Assembly (NCBI GenBank): GCA_046735395.1
Contig: JBJKQR010000063.1
Span: 13,947 to 77,946 of the forward strand
Source of the DNA: Fidelibacterota bacterium
GTDB lineage: Bacteria; Fidelibacterota; Fidelibacteria; Fidelibacterales; DSDE01
Reading direction: 5' to 3'
DNA: 64,000 bases
In this document: positions 28,916 through 38,206 of the stretch, one piece after another
Numbering within the stretch: position 1 is the first letter of the stretch
How the letters are laid out: each line of letters begins with the position of its first letter
Translations under genes and position numbers: made by a program
Notes under the pieces: model-generated
Told to the model about the DNA's origin: nothing
Databases searched by the model: none
Seen by the model: the letters and a program-made list of their open reading frames with translations, nothing else

Positions 28916-28932
28916 AGTATTTTTATTCGTGT

Positions 28933-28963
28933 AAAAAAACCCCCGTTGTTAGGCGGGGGTTTT
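28933..28963 (-). terminator. Intrinsic terminator
   Basis: Minus strand AAACCCCCG-CCTAACAA-CGGGGGTTT followed by more T residues. Confidence 0.8.
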
Positions 28964-28989
28964 CTCAGCTTTTGTACAATTTCGAATTT

Positions 28990-29181
28990 TTATTTGTAGA
29001 TTTCATTCTTGTTGCAGCTGCACACACCCAGGACCTTCTGCTTGAACTTCACGCCCGTATTCAGCGTGGCATCACTCATGAAATGTTTGACATAACTGAT
29101 CTGATCTCCACAGACGGGACATGTTTTGCCCTGTTTTGCGCGGTTTGCAATCTTGGCTCCGAATCCACCCGGTCTTGCCAT
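28990..29181 (-). CDS. 63-aa basic protein with CPVC...CSC motifs (possible Zn-binding ribosomal bL38/DUF4295-like protein)
   Basis: Strong SD GGAGGT, own terminator; sequence MARPGGFGAKIANRAKQGKTCPVC...KFKQKVLGVCSCNKNEIYK. Confidence 0.6.
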   Translation of the reverse strand: MARPGGFGAKIANRAKQGKTCPVCGDQISYVKHFMSDATLNTGVKFKQKVLGVCSCNKNEIYK

Positions 29182-29182
29182 T

Positions 29183-30883
29183 TTATACCTCCAATTCTTT
29201 CCGTTGCATGTTCGATTTTCCTTCAGGAACCGGCTGTGCATTTTCGATGAGCCCGGTACATTCCGCGGCATCTGTCGGATAGCAACTGCACAGCACCCGG
29301 ACTTTCAATCTCTCGTGAATACTCTGAAAACTGAAATCAGATTCTTCCAGACGTTCGCGAATACGCAGCGCCGTTCCTTCCGCGGATTCACGTCCGCATT
29401 TGATAAGGATGACGGCAAAGGTACTCTGGTCCGTCCTTGCGAGGATATCAACCCGTCGAATACTCTCTCTCACCATTCCTGCAGCAGCACTGATCACATA
29501 ATCCGCGAACAGATGCCCATGCATATCCTGCATGTGCTTGAAGTGGTCAATATCGACCTGCAGGTAGCTCACTTCGTATTCGTAACGTTTCGCCCTGTAC
29601 ACTTCTTCAAAGAACCGTTCCATGAATGCCCGGTGATTCAGCGTTCCCGTGAGGGCATCCACAGTCTCTATGCGCTTCATCGAACTGTACATGTCAAGAC
29701 GATGAAATGCAGACGCAAAATTTAAGCCGATTAGCATCAGAACTTCAAGTTCTTTTTTAGTGAAATTCAAGGACTTAAAGGTCTCGATGGTCAGGGCGCC
29801 CACAACCTGATTTCCCACAATCAGCGGAACTCCGAGAACACTTTCAAACAGTTTCCCTTCCAGATCATGAGGACGGAAACGATGATCAATGGGCAGATGT
29901 TTTTCGTAATTATTGGACAGAATCTTTTCCCGGTTGACGATGATATAGCTCCAGATTCCTTCCCCGAGCTGAAAAGTGCTGTCCGTCTCAAAATCCTCCG
30001 CGTAGCCGTCCACAAAGATAAATTTTCCCTCAACCGGATTATTCCGGGGCAGGATGGCAATCGTGAGTTTATCGTAACTGAAAAATTCCCGGCTGACAGC
30101 GGCCAGATTTTCATAGAGCGCTTCCGGCGTTTCCACCACACTCATCAGCGTGTTGAAATTGGCAAGTTTCTTCAGAAAACTGCTTTTCTTGTCCAGCTGG
30201 TAAATGGCTTCCAGATACTGGAGGCCGGCGCTGATAATACTGCTGTTCGCTTCCAGAAAGGGAATGAAATCATTTTTAAACGCATTGTAACTGCTGGAAT
30301 CGGCCGCGAGCACACCCACGATCTGATCTTCATAGCGGACCGGAGTCAGAACGATACTCTTCGGCATGCTTCCCTTGACATATATTTCCTGCAGCTCATT
30401 TTCATCACCGGGATCAATTTCAAAAATCCGGCTGTATCCCTCCTCAAAGGGCATGCCCAGAAATTTATTGCTCAGATTCACTTCATTCCGGATGTCATGG
30501 TCCGGCGTATGGATGCAGTTCTGCAGAAGAAAGATCTGCCGGCTGCTTTCATACAGATAATAGTAGACGTTATCGACTTCCTGCCTCTGGCTGATCAGCT
30601 CGAGATTATTTTCGATAAAATCATCGTAATGAGCGCGAATACTCTTGGGCATGGCATATTCGAGATCAATCTGCGTATCGGATTTCCCGATGAAACGGGG
30701 AAGTGAAACCTGATAGCGCCCGAGCAGCGTAGACCAGGTCAGGCCGAATACGGCTACCAGAAGCAGTAATCTGGTTGCTGCAGACGCCGGAGATTCCGGC
30801 ATTCCCGGATAAATAAAAACCAGAAAAGAAACAACAAACAGAATAATGAGAAGCAGGTATGTCGTACGTTTGGTTTTTGTCAA
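29183..30883 (-). CDS. Membrane-anchored GAF-GAF-GGDEF protein with a degenerate active site
   Basis: Two N-terminal TM segments, two GAF-like domains, DALTG.LN and DIDHFK; ARTDQSTF stands in place of ARYGGEEF. Confidence 0.8.
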   Translation of the reverse strand: MTKTKRTTYLLLIILFVVSFLVFIYPGMPESPASAATRLLLLVAVFGLTWSTLLGRYQVSLPRFIGKSDTQIDLEYAMPKSIRAHYDDFIENNLELISQRQEVDNVYYYLYESSRQIFLLQNCIHTPDHDIRNEVNLSNKFLGMPFEEGYSRIFEIDPGDENELQEIYVKGSMPKSIVLTPVRYEDQIVGVLAADSSSYNAFKNDFIPFLEANSSIISAGLQYLEAIYQLDKKSSFLKKLANFNTLMSVVETPEALYENLAAVSREFFSYDKLTIAILPRNNPVEGKFIFVDGYAEDFETDSTFQLGEGIWSYIIVNREKILSNNYEKHLPIDHRFRPHDLEGKLFESVLGVPLIVGNQVVGALTIETFKSLNFTKKELEVLMLIGLNFASAFHRLDMYSSMKRIETVDALTGTLNHRAFMERFFEEVYRAKRYEYEVSYLQVDIDHFKHMQDMHGHLFADYVISAAAGMVRESIRRVDILARTDQSTFAVILIKCGRESAEGTALRIRERLEESDFSFQSIHERLKVRVLCSCYPTDAAECTGLIENAQPVPEGKSNMQRKELEV

Positions 30884-30956
30884 TTTTCCCCCGGTGTTCC
30901 GGCCGGAAAATTAGAAAAGCTGGCTGTCAATAACAATTCCTATTCGCCTGATGTTG

Positions 30957-31484
30957 TTATTTATCGTTGACCAGCCGGATCTCGTCATCAAAGTTCGGGC
31001 GATTATCCTGACTGCTGTCCGGAAGCTGGGGCTGGGATGCCAGCCGGGTTTCTCCGGCCGGAGCATAGCCCTGTGGGGCCGAGAGGTGTTGGCCGGGCGG
31101 AATGGCGGCAGCTTCGGACTCACCGGAAAGGGGCGACAGATTCGGATAATAAGCCGTATAACTGATGTACAGAGCCGAGACAACCAGAATGACGGCGGCA
31201 GCCGCAGACAGGGGCCTCATGAATGAATACAGGAAGGCGCTGCGGGAAGGGCTCTTCTTCCTGCCTGTTTCCATCAGCCTGGCTTTGAGCCGGTCATCGA
31301 AATTCGCTGAGCACTCAAAAGAATCAAGCGTTTTCAGAGACCTTGCATAGTCGCGCAGATCGTCTGCCAGACTACGGCATTCGGCACAGCTCTGCAGATG
31401 TGCGTCAGCCTGCTGCGTCTCAGAGATGGTCAGTGTACCCTCAATGTAATCAGAGGCGATTTCGTTAAAACGGTAACAATTCAT
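30957..31484 (-). CDS. Zinc-binding (zf-HC2/ZAS) anti-sigma factor
   Basis: HLQSCAEC motif, a single TM segment, and position directly after the ECF sigma gene. Confidence 0.85.
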   Translation of the reverse strand: MNCYRFNEIASDYIEGTLTISETQQADAHLQSCAECRSLADDLRDYARSLKTLDSFECSANFDDRLKARLMETGRKKSPSRSAFLYSFMRPLSAAAAVILVVSALYISYTAYYPNLSPLSGESEAAAIPPGQHLSAPQGYAPAGETRLASQPQLPDSSQDNRPNFDDEIRLVNDK

Positions 31485-31505
31485 CGTATAAGCATGACCT
31501 CCTTT

Positions 31506-32081
31506 TTATTCAAGTCCTTTGAGTATTTGCAGCAATTTCAGTCTTCCTCTGTTAATCCTGCTCTTCACTGTCCCTTCAGGAACTTCTACTATTTTACTGA
31601 TTTCCTCGTAACTAAGTTCCTGAATATCTCTTAGAATGATCACAGTCCGGAATTGTTCCGGTAATTTATACATTGCTTTCTGAATATCTTTTTTTGTAAA
31701 CCTGCTGTCCGTTTCCCGGCCCGGGTCATCCAGATCCGAGGGAATTTCATATTCCTTGTCATCCAGCCCCATATCCTGCAGGGATGTGATACGGCGGCGA
31801 CGGCGTTTCCGCAGTTCGGTCTTTGCCAGATTTGCCGCGATCGTGTATATCCAGGTGGAAAAACGGGCAATTTCCCGATACATGTCCGCGCTGGTATATA
31901 GTTTCACAAAGGTATCCTGGACGATATCCTCAGCAAGTTCCTCCTGGCCCACGAAACGGAATACAAAATTGAAGAGACGATCCCGATAACGGTTTACCAA
32001 TTCGTAAAAAGCGCGTTCGTTTCCCTGCTGAAAATGTTTGATCAGTTCTTCGTCGCTGTACTTGATGCTCTCTTTTTTCAC
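31506..32081 (-). CDS. ECF RNA polymerase sigma factor
   Basis: Motifs AEDIVQDTF, FSTWIYTIA.N, LSYEEI and GTVKSRINRGR. Confidence 0.92.
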   Translation of the reverse strand: MKKESIKYSDEELIKHFQQGNERAFYELVNRYRDRLFNFVFRFVGQEELAEDIVQDTFVKLYTSADMYREIARFSTWIYTIAANLAKTELRKRRRRRITSLQDMGLDDKEYEIPSDLDDPGRETDSRFTKKDIQKAMYKLPEQFRTVIILRDIQELSYEEISKIVEVPEGTVKSRINRGRLKLLQILKGLE

Positions 32082-33085
32082 GCAGTTTCCAATATTTTTT
32101 CAATCAGCACAATTAAATTGCTCAGAGTGTCCATCGAGCTGGTCTTGATATACCGGTCTGCCTCAACCAGGGCTTCAAGTGCCCTGTCCAGCTGGTCCGT
32201 GTTGTAATTTCGCAGATAGGCCTTCAAATTGTCAATGTCATTTTTCCGGTAAAATCCAAGGCTTCTGCACACACCGTCCATGGTCTGGCCGGCAGGAATT
32301 TTTCCCTTCAGTACCCGGAGCGCCCAGAAAAGGCTGTACAGATTCATTACTAAAAACACATCCGATGTTCCCTGGTCCACCAGAGTCTTCAGGATGGTGG
32401 CGGCTTTTTTCCGATCCCGTTTCCCCAGAGCCTGCTGCAGGTCTTCCGGGCGATAATGGCGGTTGAATCCGCTGACGGCAAGGATATCCTCAATACGGAT
32501 TTCAGGATTGTCCCCCACATACAGGATCAGCTTTTCCAGTTCATTGGCAAGTTCGTCCATCTGGCTTCCACAGTATTCCAGAAGCTTCGCGGATGCATCC
32601 GGGCTGATTTTCTTTCCCGATGCGTCCACATGACTGATGATCCATTGGGGAATTTCATTTTCAAAGGGCGCATTGCAATACAGTATCACGGCTGAATTTT
32701 CTATGTCAGCCAGGAATTTATTCCGTTTGTCAATGGCTGAGGCTGTACAGATCAGACAGTTTTCCGGCGCCGGCGCGCTCAGATATTTCTTCAGAATCTT
32801 TCTCAGGGAAAGGGACAGTTCCTTTACCTCCAGAATACGGATAAGCTTCCGGGTCTGAAAGAGTGACATGGAGAAAAGGGCATCCTCCAGATCGGCACTG
32901 CTGCATTCTCCAGCATTGATGACGACACGTTCCGCATCCGCGGCCTGCTGCCTGAACCGGGCTTCAATGACCGACGCGGCATAATCCTGTAGAAAATGCT
33001 CACTGCCGTACAGAAAGTACAGACTGGCAACCCTGCCTCGCTGAATGGCCGACAGGGACTGTGTGTACTCAGAGAACCAGCTCAT
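32078..33085 (-). CDS. holA: DNA polymerase III delta subunit
   Basis: Motifs LYFLYGSE.F, SLF, L.NELEKL.LY and D..IKT. ATGA overlap with uppP gives start 33085. Confidence 0.82.
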   Translation of the reverse strand: MSWFSEYTQSLSAIQRGRVASLYFLYGSEHFLQDYAASVIEARFRQQAADAERVVINAGECSSADLEDALFSMSLFQTRKLIRILEVKELSLSLRKILKKYLSAPAPENCLICTASAIDKRNKFLADIENSAVILYCNAPFENEIPQWIISHVDASGKKISPDASAKLLEYCGSQMDELANELEKLILYVGDNPEIRIEDILAVSGFNRHYRPEDLQQALGKRDRKKAATILKTLVDQGTSDVFLVMNLYSLFWALRVLKGKIPAGQTMDGVCRSLGFYRKNDIDNLKAYLRNYNTDQLDRALEALVEADRYIKTSSMDTLSNLIVLIEKILETA

Positions 33086-33888
33086 AGCATGAAGAATCCC
33101 AGACTGATAAGACCGATGGCCACACAGTAATAGGCAAATACATGAAAGCGTCCGCGAACCAGGATACCCAGCAGCCATTTGATGGCAGCATATCCGGCCA
33201 GAAAGGCAACAACCGTTCCTAAAATCACCGGCAGAATATGAAGGGTGGACCAGTCTGCATCCAGCGCCTCCAGCAGAGTCGCTCCCAGCACAACGGGGAG
33301 AGCCATGATGAAGGAAAATCTCGCGGCCTGTTCTTTATCTATTCCCTGAAAAAGCGCCGTTGAGATGGTAGTGCCGCTGCGGCTGATGCCGGGAACGATG
33401 GCAAGGGCCTGGGCCAGACCGATGATGAAAGTATTTGCCAGAGAAAGCCTTTTGTCAGATTTGCGAACAAAGCGCGTAAAATACAGTATCAGTCCGGTCA
33501 CAATGAGGGATGCGCTGACGGCGGCCGGATTTTTAAACAGGGATTCGAAAAAATCCTTGAACAGAACTCCGGCCACACCCGCCGGAATCATGGAGGCAAT
33601 GATATACAGGCTCATCCGGAAATCTGCGTTGGCCGATTTTTCTCCGGATCGGCGCGCCAGGCCGGCAAGTCCGCTGAAAAATCCCTTCAGAATCTGCAGG
33701 ATATCTTTGCGGAATATGATCAGCACGGAGAGAAAGGTTCCGAAATGCATGAAGACTTCCATCATGATATCGTTGTTATGAATCCCCAGTAACTGTTCGG
33801 TGAGCACCAGATGGCCCGAAGAGCTCACCGGAAGAAATTCCGTGAATCCCTGTACAAGGGCCAGAATAAGGGTCTGCAGTACCGTCAT
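33082..33888 (-). CDS. uppP: Undecaprenyl-diphosphate phosphatase
   Basis: Motifs QGFTEFLPVSSSGHL and PGISRSG.TI. Confidence 0.95.
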   Translation of the reverse strand: MTVLQTLILALVQGFTEFLPVSSSGHLVLTEQLLGIHNNDIMMEVFMHFGTFLSVLIIFRKDILQILKGFFSGLAGLARRSGEKSANADFRMSLYIIASMIPAGVAGVLFKDFFESLFKNPAAVSASLIVTGLILYFTRFVRKSDKRLSLANTFIIGLAQALAIVPGISRSGTTISTALFQGIDKEQAARFSFIMALPVVLGATLLEALDADWSTLHILPVILGTVVAFLAGYAAIKWLLGILVRGRFHVFAYYCVAIGLISLGFFML

Positions 33889-34553
33889 TGTGTTTTTACT
33901 CCCATTACGGAAATCATCCGTTGTTCCGTTGCATTTCGTCTGTAGGAAAAATATTCATTCCCTCCGCAGCAGGAGCAGATTCCGGAATCCTCGATATGCT
34001 CGCGCTTCAGACCGGATTTCAGCAGCCTTTCCATGGCATTTTCCTGTATGGATAGAAAAATTCGTCCTTCCCGGTCCTCCCAGTCGTCAGGAAAGACGGA
34101 ACAGAGTTCCGCTCCCACTTCATAACAGCATTTCCGGATGGAGGGCCCCAGGGCCGCACGCAGGTCATCCCGTTTTCCTTCGGGCACCAGCCTGTCCAGA
34201 GCCTTTTCCAGAATATTTCCGGATAAGCCACGCCAGCCTGCGTGAACCAGCCCGCTGCGCTGTCGGGACGGAGAATACAGAAATACCGGAATACAGTCCG
34301 CCGTGCGCAGTGTCTGAAAAACTCCGCGACGGCTGCTGACCGATGCATCCGTTTCCGGGTAGACTCCCCCCTTATCCGCTTCAGCGATCCGGCTACCATG
34401 CACCTGTCCGAGACGGACAAGTTCCGGCTTCGTCACGCCCATATCCTGCAATGCGCTTTTCATTACATCCTCAACTGGCTCATTTCCTCCGGTCACAGTA
34501 AAGGCGATGAGATCCTCGTACTCCCTGAATACAGAAAAAGTGTGGATACCCAA
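33885..34553 (-). CDS. pgeF: Peptidoglycan editing factor / purine nucleoside phosphorylase, YfiH family
   Basis: Motifs QVHG, TADCIP, HAGWRG, GPSI..CCYEVG and FSYRR. Confidence 0.9.
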   Translation of the reverse strand: MGIHTFSVFREYEDLIAFTVTGGNEPVEDVMKSALQDMGVTKPELVRLGQVHGSRIAEADKGGVYPETDASVSSRRGVFQTLRTADCIPVFLYSPSRQRSGLVHAGWRGLSGNILEKALDRLVPEGKRDDLRAALGPSIRKCCYEVGAELCSVFPDDWEDREGRIFLSIQENAMERLLKSGLKREHIEDSGICSCCGGNEYFSYRRNATEQRMISVMGVKTQ

Positions 34554-34556
34554 AAT

Positions 34557-36356
34557 CTAATTCAACTCCGTCATCTGTCCGGATTTATAGCGAATGATCC
34601 GTACCCCGGAGTTGGTGTGTTCCTCACCGGGATTGAACTGTATATTCCGGATAAGGCCCCGATAGGCCTGAACATCCTGCAGTCTCGACATGAGATCCGC
34701 CCGGGTGAAAGCCTTGTTCCGGCTGGCATTGAGGAGAAATGCGATCATTTCATATCCGTATATATTCAGCATATTGATATTATCGCCCGTCATATCCGTA
34801 AATTTGCGTGAAAGGTCCTGGTATTCGGGACTGGATTCATTAATATAATAATTCGTACTGAAAATGACACCGTCATCATATCGGCGATATTTGTCAAGCA
34901 CATCCTGGGAATAAAAGGCGCCGTCACCCAGAAGCTGCAGGTCGAAATTCCAATAGGCGATTCCGGAGGTCACATATTTGATATCATCCTGATAAATAGG
35001 CAGATAGAGCCCATCAATGGTACTCAGCTTTATACGCAGTGAATCATTGCTGGTTTTCAGAACCAGGGTCGAATCCAATAAAACATTGTTAGTATCCAGC
35101 GTGTCGCTTTCCAGAATATTAAAGGCAATATCGCGCATCTCATGATACTGGATTTTCAGATCCAGCGGCGTACCGGAATACCAGCCCATATAGACCACTT
35201 CTCCGCCCTTGGCTTCTACCGTTGAGATGAATCCTTCCGTGCTGGCTCTGCCGTAGTCATCTGAGGGGGCAAGCGTGGCAAACGTCTTCAGGCCCAGGGA
35301 ATCCATGGCAAATTCAGCCAGCGTTTTCGCCCTCTCATATTGATTTGTATTGAACTGATAGACCGTATTTCCCAGTTCGGTCAGCTCCCGGATGCTCGCA
35401 GTCGGAGCTAATAAGGGCAGATGGTACAGGTCACAGACGGAGGTCATGGCCACGGCATTCTTTGAATTCAGCGGTCCGATGATCGCGGCCACACTGGGAA
35501 TTTTTGCCAGATAGCGCGCGGCCCGGACCGACTCCAGGAGTTCTCCGCGGTTATCGCGGATCAGCAGATTGAACCGCAGATCACTGTGATTCTTGTACTG
35601 CTCGACGGCAAATTTCAAGCCCTGCAGGATGGCCTGCCCATTTTCGGCAGATTCACCGCTGAGCGGCAGAACGACACCCAGATCAATTTCCTTCTGCTGA
35701 GTTTCACTCTGATATGTTTTTACCAGTTCATTGAACATGAGACTGTCATAATGTTTTTTCACGGTTGAGCGGATGCTTCGCAAGGCCTGCTCCGCCAATC
35801 CCCGTTCCCCGTCCCGCAGGAGCCGGTCGGCCAGAAGCAGTTTGTAAAAGACCACATTCTCACTTTTTTTCTGAAAGGCGAGACATCCGGACAGCTGCTC
35901 CCGCGTCAGAAAGTAGCGGGAAACTTCACGGGCCAGATCCCGGATACGTCCGTCCATATCGCTGCTGCTGTAATCCAGGGATTCCAGAAGTGCAGCCATG
36001 GCAGCCGGAAAATCATTTTCCTCAATGAGGATATTCGCCCGGATAAACAGGACATGTTCGGTATACCGGCTGAATTCAAAGCGATCCATGAATTCGACGC
36101 AGTATTCAAGGCACTCCTGATCCTTATTGAGTCGGACGGTGGATTTTATGAGCATGAAAAGCTCAACGGAGGCGTAGGGATTTACTTCCGGAGGCATTTC
36201 CCGGTACAGTTTTCCGAACATCTCCGCCGCTTCCTGATAATGCCTTTTGTTGTAGGTTTTCAGAGCTGAGCTCAGATTTTCACGGGCGCTCTGGGCCATC
36301 AGTACGGAAACCGACACGGCCAGGAGCAGAAATACATAAACGATTCGCTTCATCAT
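34557..36356 (-). CDS. LpoA/LppC-like penicillin-binding protein activator (TPR plus type 1 periplasmic binding fold)
   Basis: Signal peptide, helical N-domain, and motifs GVVLPLSG, IIGPL.S and DDYG. Confidence 0.7.
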   Translation of the reverse strand: MMKRIVYVFLLLAVSVSVLMAQSARENLSSALKTYNKRHYQEAAEMFGKLYREMPPEVNPYASVELFMLIKSTVRLNKDQECLEYCVEFMDRFEFSRYTEHVLFIRANILIEENDFPAAMAALLESLDYSSSDMDGRIRDLAREVSRYFLTREQLSGCLAFQKKSENVVFYKLLLADRLLRDGERGLAEQALRSIRSTVKKHYDSLMFNELVKTYQSETQQKEIDLGVVLPLSGESAENGQAILQGLKFAVEQYKNHSDLRFNLLIRDNRGELLESVRAARYLAKIPSVAAIIGPLNSKNAVAMTSVCDLYHLPLLAPTASIRELTELGNTVYQFNTNQYERAKTLAEFAMDSLGLKTFATLAPSDDYGRASTEGFISTVEAKGGEVVYMGWYSGTPLDLKIQYHEMRDIAFNILESDTLDTNNVLLDSTLVLKTSNDSLRIKLSTIDGLYLPIYQDDIKYVTSGIAYWNFDLQLLGDGAFYSQDVLDKYRRYDDGVIFSTNYYINESSPEYQDLSRKFTDMTGDNINMLNIYGYEMIAFLLNASRNKAFTRADLMSRLQDVQAYRGLIRNIQFNPGEEHTNSGVRIIRYKSGQMTELN

Positions 36357-38182
36357 TCGACTGTTACACTTTTTGCAAGGTTTCGGGGTTGATCCACATT
36401 GCAGCCTCTGTACACAGCAATATAGTAGGACAGCAGCTGCAGTGGAATGACAGAAAGAATTGGCTGAATAAATTCCTCGGTTTCAGGAATGGTGATGGTA
36501 TAGTCGGCGAGGGCGGCAATTTCGGTGTCACCTTCATTGGCGATGGCAATGACGCTTCCCTTCCGCGCTTTCACTTCCTGAATATTGGACAGAATTTTAT
36601 CATAGGTCTTATCCCGCGTCGCGATCACGACAACAGGCATATTTTCATCAATCAGGGCAATGGGGCCATGCTTCATTTCCGCGGCAGGATATCCCTCCGC
36701 GTGAATGTAGGAAATTTCCTTCAGTTTCAGCGCGCCTTCCAATGCAACCGGAAACTGATAGCCCCGCCCCAGATACAGGAAATTCCGGTTATCCTTGTAG
36801 CGCCCGGCAATCGTCCGAATCAGATCGGTATTTTCCAGAATCCGTTGTACGTTGCGCTCCAGAGACAACAGGGCCTGCACTTTTTTCTGACCGTCCTCCA
36901 GGCTGATGGTACCCAGCATCCGTCCCAGTTTCAGCGCAATGAGCGCCAGAACCGTCACCTGGGACGTGAAGGCTTTTGTGGAGGCAACACCGATTTCCGG
37001 GCCGGCATGAACATAGACGCCCGCATCCGTTTCCCGGGCAATAGTGCTGCCGACGGAATTGACGATTCCGATCGTCAGTGCTCCCCGCTCCCTGGCAAGC
37101 CGCAGCGCTGCCAGCGTATCGGCCGTTTCCCCGCTTTGGGATATGACCATCACCACTGAATCGGAATTGACCAGGCTGTGCCGGTATCTGAATTCACTGG
37201 CGTAATCCACATTCACCGGTTTGTGAACAAATTCCTCAAAGAGATACTGCCCGATCAGCGCAGCATGCCAGCTGGTCCCGCAGGCTGTAATGGAAATATC
37301 CCGGGACCAGAGAATCCGGCCTTCCACCGGCGAAATTCCACCCAGATGGGAAATTCCGTCAGCTTCCAGCAAACGTCCCCGCATGGCATCCCGAATGGTG
37401 CGCGGCTGTTCATGGATCTCTTTCAGCATGAAATGTTCATATCCGCCCTTTTCAATTTCTTCCAGGGACAGACTGAGTTCCGAAACCGTCTTGTCGATGG
37501 CTTCATGGTCAATATTATAGGTCTGAACATCCGTGGCGCTGAGTACGGAAATTTCTCCGTCAGCCAGATAGATGATAGTATTTGTCTGATCAATAAAGGC
37601 GGCCGCATCGGACGCGACATAATTCACGCCTTCTCCCACCCCGATCACCAGAGGGGATCCGAAGCGGGCACAGACAAGCTGCCCGGGATGAGACCGATGG
37701 ATGACGGCAATGCCATAGGCGCCGACAACACTCTTCAGCGATGTGATGACGGCATCCATGAGATTCCCGTGATAATTGTATTGGATTAAATTGGACAGAA
37801 CTTCCGAATCCGTTTCAGATTTGAAGCTGAATCCGGCAGCCATCAGCATCTTTTTCAGTGATTCGTAATTTTCAATAATTCCGTTATGAACCAGAGACAG
37901 ACTGCCGTCCATGCTTTCGTGGGGATGCGCATTTTCGTTGCTCGGTTCACCGTGGGTCGCCCAGCGCGTATGGCCGATGCCGATGCCGGAAGTCATGTCC
38001 TCGCCGGCAAGAAGGGCTTCCAGATTTTTAATCTTTCCTTCCTGTTTCAGCGTCTTCAGCTTCGAGTCGGATATTATGGAAATGCCGGCAGAATCATAGC
38101 CTCTGTATTCCAGACGCTTCAAGCCCTTCAGGATGACAGGTGCCGCATCCTGTTTTCCGATTATTCCGACTATTCCACACAT
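36353..38182 (-). CDS. glmS: Glutamine-fructose-6-phosphate transaminase
   Basis: Motifs CGIVG, LEYRGYDSAG, HTRWATHG and PRNLAKSVTVE. Confidence 0.98.
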   Translation of the reverse strand: MCGIVGIIGKQDAAPVILKGLKRLEYRGYDSAGISIISDSKLKTLKQEGKIKNLEALLAGEDMTSGIGIGHTRWATHGEPSNENAHPHESMDGSLSLVHNGIIENYESLKKMLMAAGFSFKSETDSEVLSNLIQYNYHGNLMDAVITSLKSVVGAYGIAVIHRSHPGQLVCARFGSPLVIGVGEGVNYVASDAAAFIDQTNTIIYLADGEISVLSATDVQTYNIDHEAIDKTVSELSLSLEEIEKGGYEHFMLKEIHEQPRTIRDAMRGRLLEADGISHLGGISPVEGRILWSRDISITACGTSWHAALIGQYLFEEFVHKPVNVDYASEFRYRHSLVNSDSVVMVISQSGETADTLAALRLARERGALTIGIVNSVGSTIARETDAGVYVHAGPEIGVASTKAFTSQVTVLALIALKLGRMLGTISLEDGQKKVQALLSLERNVQRILENTDLIRTIAGRYKDNRNFLYLGRGYQFPVALEGALKLKEISYIHAEGYPAAEMKHGPIALIDENMPVVVIATRDKTYDKILSNIQEVKARKGSVIAIANEGDTEIAALADYTITIPETEEFIQPILSVIPLQLLSYYIAVYRGCNVDQPRNLAKSVTVE

Positions 38183-38206
38183 AGAGACTGCCTCCGTCAG
38201 TTTTTC

